The notes below the pieces were generated by a model. The model did no database searches, had not been told where the DNA came from, and saw only the letters and a list, made by a program, of their open reading frames with translations. Shown in pieces: positions 1 to 8,945 of a stretch of DNA of 64,000 nucleotides. Each line of letters starts with the position of its first letter. Within the stretch, counting starts at the first letter, position 1. The DNA is from Candidatus Bathyarchaeia archaeon (lineage in GTDB: Archaea; Thermoproteota; Bathyarchaeia; Bathyarchaeales; Bathycorpusculaceae), in assembly GCA_049970895.1 (NCBI GenBank), contig JBMFMB010000001.1, positions 32,001 to 96,000 of the forward strand, read 5' to 3'. The translations under genes and the position numbers were made by a program.

Positions 1-1
1 C

Positions 2-1189
2 CTTCTCCAGACCAGTGTAGCGTCTTCCACATTTTTCACACTTGAAGCCTTTACCCTTCCCCATAGATTTCAAACGTTTACCACAATGCGGGCAAAGCGG
101 GTTCCGGTAAACAATTTTCGGTGCAAGCCTCAACACTCGCAGTTTTTCAAGGTTAATTGTTAATGGACGGTTTTTGGATGGTGGCCGGACGCCGCCATAA
201 ACCTCCACAAAGTCGCCAACCATAAGTTTACTCGCCACTTTTCTTAAAGCGCCGGTAGGCTCATATGCAGCACAGTCAATGCAAGCAGTTTCGTCTTTAA
301 TTTGGAAAATAACATGCCTCCTTGGAATTATCCGCGGGGCTGTGGCAACAGCCCCTCTCGCTATGACTGGGTGGTATGGTTTTACCTCGCTTAATGTTTT
401 GACCCGTTTTAAGTGAGAGTCAGTTCCATGATTTGTGCGGAATATCACCCAACGCTCCACAGGCTCGAGGGGTTTAACCATTTCGAAAGCCTTCTTGACA
501 ATTTCTGGGGTTTCGCCCCTTATACCGAAGAGTATGGGGTCTGGTCCTCTGGGTGTTATTAGAATTCTGCCAGTTTCCGGGTCGATATTGTTGAATGTGT
601 AGGGGGTTGTCGCCTTATCCATTTCAAAAACAGAAGCCACATCTATCTTCCTTTTCAAGCCATAATTTTCCGGAACGCGATATGCAATAACTTCGAAGGT
701 GTGGTCTCCAGAGAGGTTTTCGCCTACAGCGGCTAAACCGCCAATTATTCCGCGTCCACTTTTGAAGCCTAATGCTTCAGCTCTAAAACGCTTTAGGATT
801 TTTAGGGCTGTTTTCATGTTCACAATGCCTGTTATGGCGTTTTTCGCAAAGGCTTTAACCTCCCCTGGAATTTTCGCCTTCTGGAAGAAGACTATTCCGG
901 GCTCTGTGCCTTTGTATTTTAGGTCGGAGTTTTCCTCAACTGTTTCTATGACTGTTTCCTTAACCATGTTAATGAGGCTTTCTTCGCATTTTATTCTTAG
1001 GCAGAGGGCTCCATTGCCCCTTGTTTTCCATGGAACGTTTGGGTTTAGCCTAACAAGGTTCGGATAGTCTAAGAATTTTACGCCTAATTTTTGCAGTTTC
1101 TCCACTAAGAGTGCTGCAATGTAGGTGGTGCATCCTTTCCTCGGAGAGTCTGTGTCGTCGAAGCCTATATGCATATGCTGGAGAGTCAT
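2..1189 (-). CDS. tiaS: tRNA(Ile2) 2-agmatinylcytidine synthetase TiaS; 3' end runs off the window
   Basis: Hand translation from ATG at 1189 gives MTLQHMHIGFDDTDSPRKGCTTY...YPNLVRLNPNVPWKTRGNGALCL, the TiaS N-terminal signature. Also contains TPRGPDPILFGIRG, FRTNHGTD, an OB fold (YEPTG) and a C-terminal CPHC Zn ribbon. Absent from the ORF track because no stop lies in the window. Confidence 0.93.
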   Translation of the reverse strand, partial: MTLQHMHIGFDDTDSPRKGCTTYIAALLVEKLQKLGVKFLDYPNLVRLNPNVPWKTRGNGALCLRIKCEESLINMVKETVIETVEENSDLKYKGTEPGIVFFQKAKIPGEVKAFAKNAITGIVNMKTALKILKRFRAEALGFKSGRGIIGGLAAVGENLSGDHTFEVIAYRVPENYGLKRKIDVASVFEMDKATTPYTFNNIDPETGRILITPRGPDPILFGIRGETPEIVKKAFEMVKPLEPVERWVIFRTNHGTDSHLKRVKTLSEVKPYHPVIARGAVATAPRIIPRRHVIFQIKDETACIDCAAYEPTGALRKVASKLMVGDFVEVYGGVRPPSKNRPLTINLEKLRVLRLAPKIVYRNPLCPHCGKRLKSMGKGKGFKCEKCGRRYTGLEK

Positions 1190-1271
1190 TCACCCGCCTA
1201 CAAGCATTACCTCTATGAAGGCTTAAAAATGGTGTGCTTGAGCTTTGAAAATAAAAGGAAGGAGAGTTAGG

Positions 1272-1514
1272 CTATTTTGCTGATTCTTCAACTATTATCA
1301 TTGTCAGGGTTGACCTAACCTTGTCCAATCTTCGGATGCGCCAAGTGACAATCTCTTTAAGCTTGTCCATGGTCTCCGCACTGACTTTTGCAATTATGTC
1401 GTAGACGCCGTAGACAGAATGCGCCTCTTCGACGCCTTCAATTTTTCTAAGGTCTTTTAGGACGTCTGCCTCTGAGCCTATTTCCGTGTTGATTAGGACA
1501 AATGCTTTTGGCAT
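1272..1514 (-). CDS. Lrp/AsnC ligand-binding (RAM) domain protein, no HTH (demi-FFRP)
   Basis: 80 aa; AFVLINTEIG...VYGVYDIIAKV...VRSTLTMI is the typical stand-alone AsnC C-terminal domain; SD GAGGAGG upstream. Confidence 0.88.
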   Translation of the reverse strand: MPKAFVLINTEIGSEADVLKDLRKIEGVEEAHSVYGVYDIIAKVSAETMDKLKEIVTWRIRRLDKVRSTLTMIIVEESAK

Positions 1515-1578
1515 TTAAACCTCCTCGTAATATTGTCTATCCCCCAATCCATTAAAATATTTTGTTGTTAGAAATGGG

Positions 1579-1812
1579 GGACGTGGCAACTTAAGTGGAC
1601 AAAAATGGTAATAATTCCTCTTTTTAATTAAGGTGAGGTTTTTAGCCTTCTTTAGCATTACTCAGAGGAAATACCGGGTTGAGAGGTTTCTGCATCAGAG
1701 CTGTTTTGCTCAAAATTACCTTTAAATTTATTAAAAGCAGATAAAATAAACAGAAAAGATCAGATGCCGTAAAACGAATAAACATCATTTTTCAGCTTAA
1801 GTTGCCACGTCC
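1579..1812. mobile_element. MITE / non-autonomous IS derivative, 234 bp
   Basis: Perfect 17-bp terminal inverted repeats GGACGTGGCAACTTAAG (1579-1595) and CTTAAGTTGCCACGTCC (1796-1812), flanked by a 9-bp direct repeat AGAAATGGG (1570-1578 and 1813-1821). AT-rich interior with no transposase ORF. Confidence 0.88.
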
Positions 1813-1889
1813 AGAAATGGGCAGTTTAGCGGACTGTTTTGAAAATGTTATTATCCCTAATATGTGATATTAGCTGTTAGGTTCAAGGT

Positions 1890-3443
1890 ATGAGTGCTGA
1901 AAGTGTTGGGGGCGAAGGCATTACCAGCCGTGAAATGCGGGCCATAGAGTTGAACGCCGAATATTTTGGGATTTCACTGCTTCAGCTCATGGAAAATGCT
2001 GGGAGAAACGTAGCCCAGGAAATAGCCAGAAGATTCACACCAGAAAAGAAAGTGGCAATTTTCTGTGGTTTAGGCGGCAACGGTGGAGACGGCTTTGTTG
2101 CTGCAAGGCACTTGTCCGCCCTAGGCTTTAAAGTAACCGTTATCTTAGCTGGAAAAGCGAAGGAAATCTCCCATAAAGCGGCTTTGGAGAACTGGAAGGC
2201 TCTGCAATTCCTGAGGGAAAGCGTCACCATCCACGAGGTTTACGACAGCGCCCAGATGCCAAACATAGAGGCAGACGTGATTGTGGACGCACTGCTCGGA
2301 ACAGGCACAAAGGGGAGATTGAAACCGCCAATACAGCAGCTTGTTGAGAAAATTAACTTGTTAAACGCCTTCAAAGTGGCTGTTGACGTGCCAACGGGCA
2401 TAGACTCGGACACTGGAGAAGTTTTAGGAACAGCCGTAAAGGCAAATTTGACGATAACCTTTTACAAGGTTAAGGCGGGCTTGGAGAAAGCCAAAGACTA
2501 TGTTGGCGAACTGCTGGTTAAGGATATAGGCTTGCCAAAAGAGCTGGAAAACTATGCTGGACCCGGAGACGTCAGCCTCGTCCTTAAAACGCGTGCTCCA
2601 GAGTCTCATAAGGGAGATTTTGGCAAACTGCTTGTGGTTGGTGGAAGCGAAACCTTCTCAGGCGCCCCAGCCCTTGTGGCGCTTGCAGCCCTAAGAACTG
2701 GAGTTGATTTAGCTTATGTTGCAGCGCCAAGCAAAACAGCCCACGACATCGCCTCCATGATGCCAGACCTTATAACGGTAAAGCTTGACGGAGACCACTT
2801 GAATTTGGGAAACATCCCAGCCCTAAAAACTCTTGTGGAGAAAGCTGATGCTATTGTTATCGGACCCGGATTGGGGCTCCACACTGAAACAAAGGACGCT
2901 GTCAAAGCCTTACTGGAGGTTGTTGAAGGCGATGGCAAACCACTTTTGTTGGATGCCGACGGCTTGAAGGCTTTCGCGGAATTCAAAAGAAGGCTTAAGG
3001 TGCCAGCAGTGCTCACACCCCATGCTGGAGAATACGCCATACTCGCTGGAAAGGGGCTGCCCAAAAACCTAAAGGAGAAAACCCTAGAAGTGCAGAAGAC
3101 AGCCGCAGAGCTGGACGCAGTTCTGCTTCTTAAAGGCGCAATAGACATAATCGCAGACGAAAAACGCTTCAAACTCAATTTTACTGGTAACCCAGGCATG
3201 ACTGTTGGCGGAACTGGAGACGTGCTTTCAGGAATTGTGGGCGCTTTCTTGGCGCAAGGCGCAGACCCCTTCGAGGCGGCTGTTGCCGGAGCCTTTGTTA
3301 ATGGTGCAGCCGGAGACTTTGTTTTTGAGGAGAAGGGCTACCACATGGTGGCTTCAGACCTCCTAAAATGGATTCCGAAGGTTTTGGACAACCCAATGAG
3401 CCACTTGAAGGTGCAAAAGCCTAGTGCGGCAAAAACCAATTAG
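1890..3443 (+). CDS. nnr: Bifunctional NAD(P)H-hydrate epimerase/dehydratase (YjeF/Nnr)
   Basis: LMENAG, GxGGNGGDG, DALLGTG, VDVPTG (YjeF_N); SHKGDFG, GPGLG, LDADGL, LTPHAGE, GGTGDVLSG (carbohydrate kinase domain). Confidence 0.95.
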   Translation: MSAESVGGEGITSREMRAIELNAEYFGISLLQLMENAGRNVAQEIARRFTPEKKVAIFCGLGGNGGDGFVAARHLSALGFKVTVILAGKAKEISHKAALENWKALQFLRESVTIHEVYDSAQMPNIEADVIVDALLGTGTKGRLKPPIQQLVEKINLLNAFKVAVDVPTGIDSDTGEVLGTAVKANLTITFYKVKAGLEKAKDYVGELLVKDIGLPKELENYAGPGDVSLVLKTRAPESHKGDFGKLLVVGGSETFSGAPALVALAALRTGVDLAYVAAPSKTAHDIASMMPDLITVKLDGDHLNLGNIPALKTLVEKADAIVIGPGLGLHTETKDAVKALLEVVEGDGKPLLLDADGLKAFAEFKRRLKVPAVLTPHAGEYAILAGKGLPKNLKEKTLEVQKTAAELDAVLLLKGAIDIIADEKRFKLNFTGNPGMTVGGTGDVLSGIVGAFLAQGADPFEAAVAGAFVNGAAGDFVFEEKGYHMVASDLLKWIPKVLDNPMSHLKVQKPSAAKTN

Positions 3444-3957
3444 AATAGTTGTCTACCATGCCGGGCAATGCGACCCCAAAAAATGCACAGCCCTAAAACT
3501 TAAACGCCACGGGCTAATACAGCTTGTGCGCCAAATAAAACACCTGCCAAAAAGAGCAGTCGTCCTAAACCCATACTCGAAAAGGGCTTTCTCACCAGCA
3601 GACAAAGAGCGCATAGCAAATTTTGGCTTGGCAGCCCTAGACTTCAGCTGGGAACACGCAGAAAAACCCCTACTAAAAAATGTAAGGGGCACGTCACGGT
3701 GCCTACCATACCTAATCGCCGGAAACCCAGTTAATTTTGGCTACCCCACAAAGCTTAGCACAGCTGAAGCCCTAGCAGCAGCCCTATACATAGCAGGATA
3801 CCGCCAAGAAGCCCTTAGGCTTCTGTCCATATTCAAGTGGGGACACACCTTCCTAGAACTGAACAAAGAGATGCTCGAAAGCTATGCGAAAGCAAAAAAC
3901 AGCAGCGAAATAGTGGAAATGCAAAAACAATGGATAAAACAGCCTAAAGCGCTTTAG
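3424..3957 (+). CDS. tsr3: 16S rRNA aminocarboxypropyltransferase Tsr3 (DUF367)
   Basis: QCDPKKCTALKL, LDFSW, R.LPYLIAGNPVNFG.P.KLSTAEALAAAL, FKWGHTFLELN. Confidence 0.93.
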   Translation: MRQKPIRIVVYHAGQCDPKKCTALKLKRHGLIQLVRQIKHLPKRAVVLNPYSKRAFSPADKERIANFGLAALDFSWEHAEKPLLKNVRGTSRCLPYLIAGNPVNFGYPTKLSTAEALAAALYIAGYRQEALRLLSIFKWGHTFLELNKEMLESYAKAKNSSEIVEMQKQWIKQPKAL

Positions 3958-5060
3958 ACTTTTTCCATGGTCATAGTTTCAGGATTTTCCAAAAACTCCT
4001 TGATGGTGGCTAGGAATTTTGCCGCCGGTGCGCCGTCAACAACCCTATGGTCGAAAACTAGGGTTAGATAGCCAACCTTCCACGGTTCCACACGCCCATC
4101 CTCTTTTATGTGTGGTTCAGTTTCTATGCTTCCAACAGCCAGTATCGCCGGGTCTGGCGGATTAATTATTGGCGTAAAATATTGTATTCCCAGTGCTCCA
4201 AGATTCGTCACAGTAAAGCTGTGGTTTGACTGTTCTTCAAGGGTTATTTCGCCCCTTAAACCCCTCTCCTGAAAAGTGTTAATCTGCATTGTTATCTCTT
4301 GGATGGATAGCTTATCCGCACCTTTTATGACTGGTGCCATTAAGCCCTTAGGCGTGTCCACAGCCACAGCAATATTGACCTCATCATGATAAACGAGTTC
4401 TCCGCCCTCCAGTGTCACGTTTAGGTTCTTGTGCTTTTGGAGGGCTAGGGCAACAGCCTTAACAGCATAAGCCGTAAAAGAACCGCCAGTCTTCTCCCTA
4501 TGCTTGACAAGCTTTTCTGCGGCAAATTTTGTTGTTAGGGCGACCGGCAAAGCCTCATGGAAACCAGCACTAAGCCTCTGTGTAATGGCTTTTCTTATGC
4601 CAGCGAAGGGCACTCTGCGCTTAACAGCCTCAACCTCGGTCTTCACCTCAATTTCTGGAATGGTGATGCTCCGTTCTCGGGCTGCCAGCATAACATCCTC
4701 TTTCGTTATTCGCCCATCCGGACCAGTGCCCCTAATCTCGTGTAGGGGTATGCCAAGCTGGGCTGCCAGCTTCCTGGCTAGTGGGGAAGCCTTCACCTCA
4801 ACAGCCACTTTTGGCGCTTTCTCCTCTTCGCTTTCGATTTGGCATATAGGCTGCCCAACTTTAACAACTTCGCCAGCCTTGCACAATATTTTTGCCATTC
4901 GCCCACTGTAGGGTGAGCGCACCTCAAAAGTGGTTTTCTCACCCTCAGCTATTGCTATAACCTCATCCACTTGAACCATGTCGCCTTCCCGTTTTAGCCA
5001 TTCGGCGATTATGCCCTCAGTCATTACTGGGTCTACTCTTGGAAAAACAACGAAGGGCAT
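3954..5060 (-). CDS. 2-oxoacid/acetoin dehydrogenase E2 (dihydrolipoamide acyltransferase)
   Basis: N-terminal lipoyl domain (EGEKTT), E3-binding ASPLARKLA...GTGPDGRITKED, catalytic FDHRVVDG. Confidence 0.93.
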   Translation of the reverse strand: MPFVVFPRVDPVMTEGIIAEWLKREGDMVQVDEVIAIAEGEKTTFEVRSPYSGRMAKILCKAGEVVKVGQPICQIESEEEKAPKVAVEVKASPLARKLAAQLGIPLHEIRGTGPDGRITKEDVMLAARERSITIPEIEVKTEVEAVKRRVPFAGIRKAITQRLSAGFHEALPVALTTKFAAEKLVKHREKTGGSFTAYAVKAVALALQKHKNLNVTLEGGELVYHDEVNIAVAVDTPKGLMAPVIKGADKLSIQEITMQINTFQERGLRGEITLEEQSNHSFTVTNLGALGIQYFTPIINPPDPAILAVGSIETEPHIKEDGRVEPWKVGYLTLVFDHRVVDGAPAAKFLATIKEFLENPETMTMEKV

Positions 5061-6037
5061 TAGCTCACCATCCTCCTAGCCGCCTCGCATATCTTGTCGG
5101 CATTAACCAAATACTGGTTTTCTAGTGGTTGGGCAAAGGGTACCGGAAGGTCTGGCGAATTAACCCGGACTGGCGGTGTGTCTAAATAGTCGAAGGCTTC
5201 CTCCACAACGCGGCTTATTATTTCGGCTGAAATCCCACCAGTCTTTGTGCTGTCATCTGCAACCAGAAGCCTATTCGTCTTCTTAACTGAATTCACCAAT
5301 GTTTTCACATCCATGGGATTGAGTGTCATTAAATCCACAACCTCAGCGTCTATGCCTTCGGCTGTAAGCCTATCCGCAGCGGCTAAAGCCTCCCTAACAG
5401 TTCTGGAGAAAGCCACAATCGTCAAATCTGAACCCTCCCTCTTTACATCAGCCCGCCCAATCGGAACAAGGTATTCGCCTTCCGGCACTGGACCCTTCCA
5501 ACTGTAAAGCACGCCAGACTCCACAAACAGCACTGGGTCGTCGCCCCTTATGGCGGATTTCAACAAGCCCTTAGCGTCTTTCGGAGTTCCGGGAAGCACC
5601 ACTTTCAATCCTGGAACGTTTAGGAACCATGAAGCCAAGAACTGGCTGTGCTGACAACCATGAACTCTCCCAAGACTGTACTGGGTTCTAACAACCATTG
5701 GTAGGCTGACCTGCCCACCGCTCATAAACCTTATTTTTGCCGCGTGGGTAACCAGCTGGTCCATGGCTATGGTTATGAAATCCATATACATTATTTCCGC
5801 AACTGGTCTTAACCCCGCGAGGGCGGCCCCTATGGCTGCGCCGACTATGGCGGCTTCCGATATGGGCGTGTCCCTAACCCTTTTCGGTCCAAATTTTTCA
5901 AGCAACCCCTTTGTGACTTTGTAGACTCCGCCGAAGACGCCTACATCTTCGCCAAAGACAATTATGCGGTCGTCCCGTTCCATTTCCTCTCGCAGTGCCT
6001 CGTTTAGGGCTTCGGCGTAGCTTATCTCCCTAACCAT
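5060..6037 (-). CDS. 2-oxoacid/acetoin dehydrogenase E1 beta subunit
   Basis: GEDVG, RVRDTPISE, GLRPVAEIM, HSQ motifs. Confidence 0.94.
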   Translation of the reverse strand: MVREISYAEALNEALREEMERDDRIIVFGEDVGVFGGVYKVTKGLLEKFGPKRVRDTPISEAAIVGAAIGAALAGLRPVAEIMYMDFITIAMDQLVTHAAKIRFMSGGQVSLPMVVRTQYSLGRVHGCQHSQFLASWFLNVPGLKVVLPGTPKDAKGLLKSAIRGDDPVLFVESGVLYSWKGPVPEGEYLVPIGRADVKREGSDLTIVAFSRTVREALAAADRLTAEGIDAEVVDLMTLNPMDVKTLVNSVKKTNRLLVADDSTKTGGISAEIISRVVEEAFDYLDTPPVRVNSPDLPVPFAQPLENQYLVNADKICEAARRMVS

Positions 6038-7061
6038 AAAACGGCACCTCTTCTATGTAGACTAGTTTCCAAAGCTCGCCGAAATCAAGGTAGGGCGCAG
6101 CCTTCGCCTTCTCCACACAGACATCCAAAGCCTTTTCTATTTCGGCGTTTAAGGCTTCAAACTCTTCCTTTGTTATCATTCCAAGCCTTATGAGGTTGTT
6201 GGCAAACCTTTCTATCGGATCCTTTTTCATCCACTCTTGAACCTCCTCTTTTGGACGGTATTCCGCCTTATCGTAGACGCCATGACCCTTCTTTCGGTAT
6301 GTTCTGCATTCTATAAAGGCTGGACCATTACCGCTTCGAATATGGTTTATGGCGGCTTTTCCACTTGTGTAGACGGCTACAACGTCATTTCCATCAGCCA
6401 AATAGGATTTTATTCCATACGCAGAAGCGCGTGCAGCTATGCTTTCCCCAGCAAAAGACTCCTTATGTGGAACTGAAAAGGCGTAAAAGTTGTTTTCACA
6501 AACGAACAAGACTGGAAGTTTCCAAATAGCCGCCAAGTTTAGGGCTTCGTGGAATGCGCCGGTGTTCACGGCGCCGTCGCCGAAGAAGACAGCCACAATT
6601 CTGCTGCTCCTCCGATATTGCAGTGCCAGTCCCACGCCTACAGCTATAGGTATGCCCCCGCCAACAATCGCCGAAGCAAGCAATATGTTATGCTCAACAC
6701 TCATGGAAGAGTGCATGGAACCACCCAAACCCTTGCAAGTGCCAGTTTTTCTGCCAAACAACTCAGCCATCAAAGCCTCTAATGGAACGCCGCGGGCTAT
6801 GGCGTGACCATGCCCCCTATAAGTGGAGATTATGAAGTCTTCCCTGTCCAAAGCCTTAACGATGCCGGCGGCAACAGCCTCCTGCCCAAGATATAGGTGG
6901 CATGGACCAATAAGCTGCCCCTCAAAAAACAGTTTTTCAACCCGCTCTTCGAAATTTCGCATTTCACACATTTTCCTTAAAAGCCAAAGGAAATCTTCGT
7001 ATGTCAAGCCCAGCGACTGGTATTTTTCTGCTGGAATTTCGCTGATGGATTCAACGCTCAT
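6030..7061 (-). CDS. 2-oxoacid/acetoin dehydrogenase E1 alpha subunit (TPP-dependent)
   Basis: HLYLGQEA, YRGHGH, GLGGSMH, TPP motif GDGA...ENN, TYR..GH. Confidence 0.94.
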   Translation of the reverse strand: MSVESISEIPAEKYQSLGLTYEDFLWLLRKMCEMRNFEERVEKLFFEGQLIGPCHLYLGQEAVAAGIVKALDREDFIISTYRGHGHAIARGVPLEALMAELFGRKTGTCKGLGGSMHSSMSVEHNILLASAIVGGGIPIAVGVGLALQYRRSSRIVAVFFGDGAVNTGAFHEALNLAAIWKLPVLFVCENNFYAFSVPHKESFAGESIAARASAYGIKSYLADGNDVVAVYTSGKAAINHIRSGNGPAFIECRTYRKKGHGVYDKAEYRPKEEVQEWMKKDPIERFANNLIRLGMITKEEFEALNAEIEKALDVCVEKAKAAPYLDFGELWKLVYIEEVPFYG

Positions 7062-7157
7062 GACGGCGTCACCCTTTCCAGAGTTTAGAAGGGTTTAGCA
7101 TTTATAAAGGTTGGACACCTTAAAATCAGCATTCAAGGATGAAATGGTGAAGAGCGC

Positions 7158-8309
7158 ATGTTTGAAAGGGAGCTTCTCATGATTCCGGGTCCAACGAATG
7201 TGGCTCCCTCGGTTTTGCGTGCCATGTGCAAGCCTCCCATGTCGCATACAAGCCAAGAATTCGCCGGCATATTCAAGGAAGCCCTAAACAGCTTGAAACG
7301 CGTTTTCATTACTGAAAGTGATGTTTTTGTGGTTGCTGGTTCTGGAACTTTAGCCCTAGAGATGGCGGTAGCCAACATTGTAGAACCTGGCGACAAAGTG
7401 CTGAATGCTGTTTCCGGGTTTTTTGGGCAGTATTTTGTTGAAATGTGTAAGGTTTACGGTGCGGTTCCCCGCGTCTTGGAAGCGCCGTATGGCAAGGCTG
7501 TAAAGCCAGAACAAGTCAAGGAGGCGTTGGAGGATGGTAGTTTTAAGGCTGTCACTGTTACTCATGTAGAAACTTCAACAGGGGTTGCGAACCCGATTAG
7601 GGAGATAGGCAAAATAGTGCGGAAACATAGCGAAGCCTTCTACATAGTTGACACTGTTTGCTCGCTTGGCGGAATGGAAGTCCGTGTAGACGACTGGGGC
7701 ATAGACGTTTGTGTTTCTGGCTCGCAGAAGTGTATAGGTGTTCCGCCAGGCTTGGCTTTGGTTGCCATCAGCCAAAAAGCCTTGGAATATTTGGAAAGGC
7801 GGAAAACATCTGTTGGCTCGTGGTATGGCAGCTTCAAGAACTGGCTTCCAGTTATGCGGGACCCAACAAAGTATTTTGCAACTCCGCCGGTGAACATGAT
7901 TTACGCTTTACACGAAGCCTTGAAACTTGTGATTGATGAGGGATTAGAAAATCGTTTTAGGAGACATCATGTTTTGGCTAAGGCTTTTAGAGCCGCTATG
8001 AACGCATTAAACCTTAAAATCGTGGCGGAAAAGGGGTACGAGGCGGACACTGTCACAGCCATCTACTATCCGGAAGGCATAGACGACAACAAGTTTAGAA
8101 GCGAAATTAAGAATCGTGGGATAGTTGTTGCCCCAACCCTTGGACCTTTAAAGGGGAAGGGCTTCCGGGTTGGACACATGGGAAACGTGAACCAAAATGA
8201 CATAGCAGCCACGATATCAGCAATAGAAACAACGCTGAAACGCCTCGGATACAATACTAGTCTCGGAAGCGGAACGAAAGCCGCAGAAGAGAAAATCCTT
8301 TCAGTCTAA
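7158..8309 (+). CDS. Class V PLP aminotransferase (alanine-glyoxylate / serine-pyruvate family)
   Basis: LMIPGPT, GSGT, HVETSTG, DTVCSLGG, SGSQKC (PLP lysine), FRVGHMG. Confidence 0.92.
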   Translation: MFERELLMIPGPTNVAPSVLRAMCKPPMSHTSQEFAGIFKEALNSLKRVFITESDVFVVAGSGTLALEMAVANIVEPGDKVLNAVSGFFGQYFVEMCKVYGAVPRVLEAPYGKAVKPEQVKEALEDGSFKAVTVTHVETSTGVANPIREIGKIVRKHSEAFYIVDTVCSLGGMEVRVDDWGIDVCVSGSQKCIGVPPGLALVAISQKALEYLERRKTSVGSWYGSFKNWLPVMRDPTKYFATPPVNMIYALHEALKLVIDEGLENRFRRHHVLAKAFRAAMNALNLKIVAEKGYEADTVTAIYYPEGIDDNKFRSEIKNRGIVVAPTLGPLKGKGFRVGHMGNVNQNDIAATISAIETTLKRLGYNTSLGSGTKAAEEKILSV

Positions 8310-8321
8310 GCGGCTAAAACC

Positions 8322-8945
8322 ATGGAGCCTATAACGGATTTTTACCTTTTCTTGGCTTCCGTGGTTTTCATATCCCTCTCAGGGGTTATGATGCCGGGAC
8401 CAGTATTCGCCGTAACAATTGCAAAGGGTTATAGGAGCAAAATTGCTGGTGTCTTAATAGCCTTTGGACATGGGGCTGTAGAGTTCCCGCTAATCCTTCT
8501 CCTATATTTTGGGCTTTCATGTTTTTTCGCATCCACCCTTGTGCAGAAGGTTATAGGCTTTATTGGCGGATTAGTGATGATTTACATGGGCTTCCAAACC
8601 TTTAAAACAAGGAGGGAAGCCGCTGCAAAGACAAGCCATGCTGGGCATGCCTCCTTTATCGCTGGTTTGGTTGCAACCAGTGCAAATCCATACTTCTTCT
8701 TTTGGTGGGCAACTGTTGGCGTTGCCCTCATTCTGCAAGCTTCCACATTCGGCGCCGTGGGGTTGTTGGCTTTCGCCATTGTGCATTGGCTATGCGATCT
8801 AGCATGGGACACATTTGTTTCTGTAACAGTTTTCAAATCGAGGCGCTTCTGGAATGAGAAAGTTTTCACAGCTGTTTTCCTTTTCTGCTTTGCTGTTCTA
8901 GTGGTTTTCGGCTTATGGTTCATTGTTTCGGCTTTATTGCGGTAA
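8322..8945 (+). CDS. LysE-family translocator
   Basis: SGVMMPGP, GHG.VE, ANPYFFFWW; about 6 TM helices. Confidence 0.88.
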   Translation: MEPITDFYLFLASVVFISLSGVMMPGPVFAVTIAKGYRSKIAGVLIAFGHGAVEFPLILLLYFGLSCFFASTLVQKVIGFIGGLVMIYMGFQTFKTRREAAAKTSHAGHASFIAGLVATSANPYFFFWWATVGVALILQASTFGAVGLLAFAIVHWLCDLAWDTFVSVTVFKSRRFWNEKVFTAVFLFCFAVLVVFGLWFIVSALLR

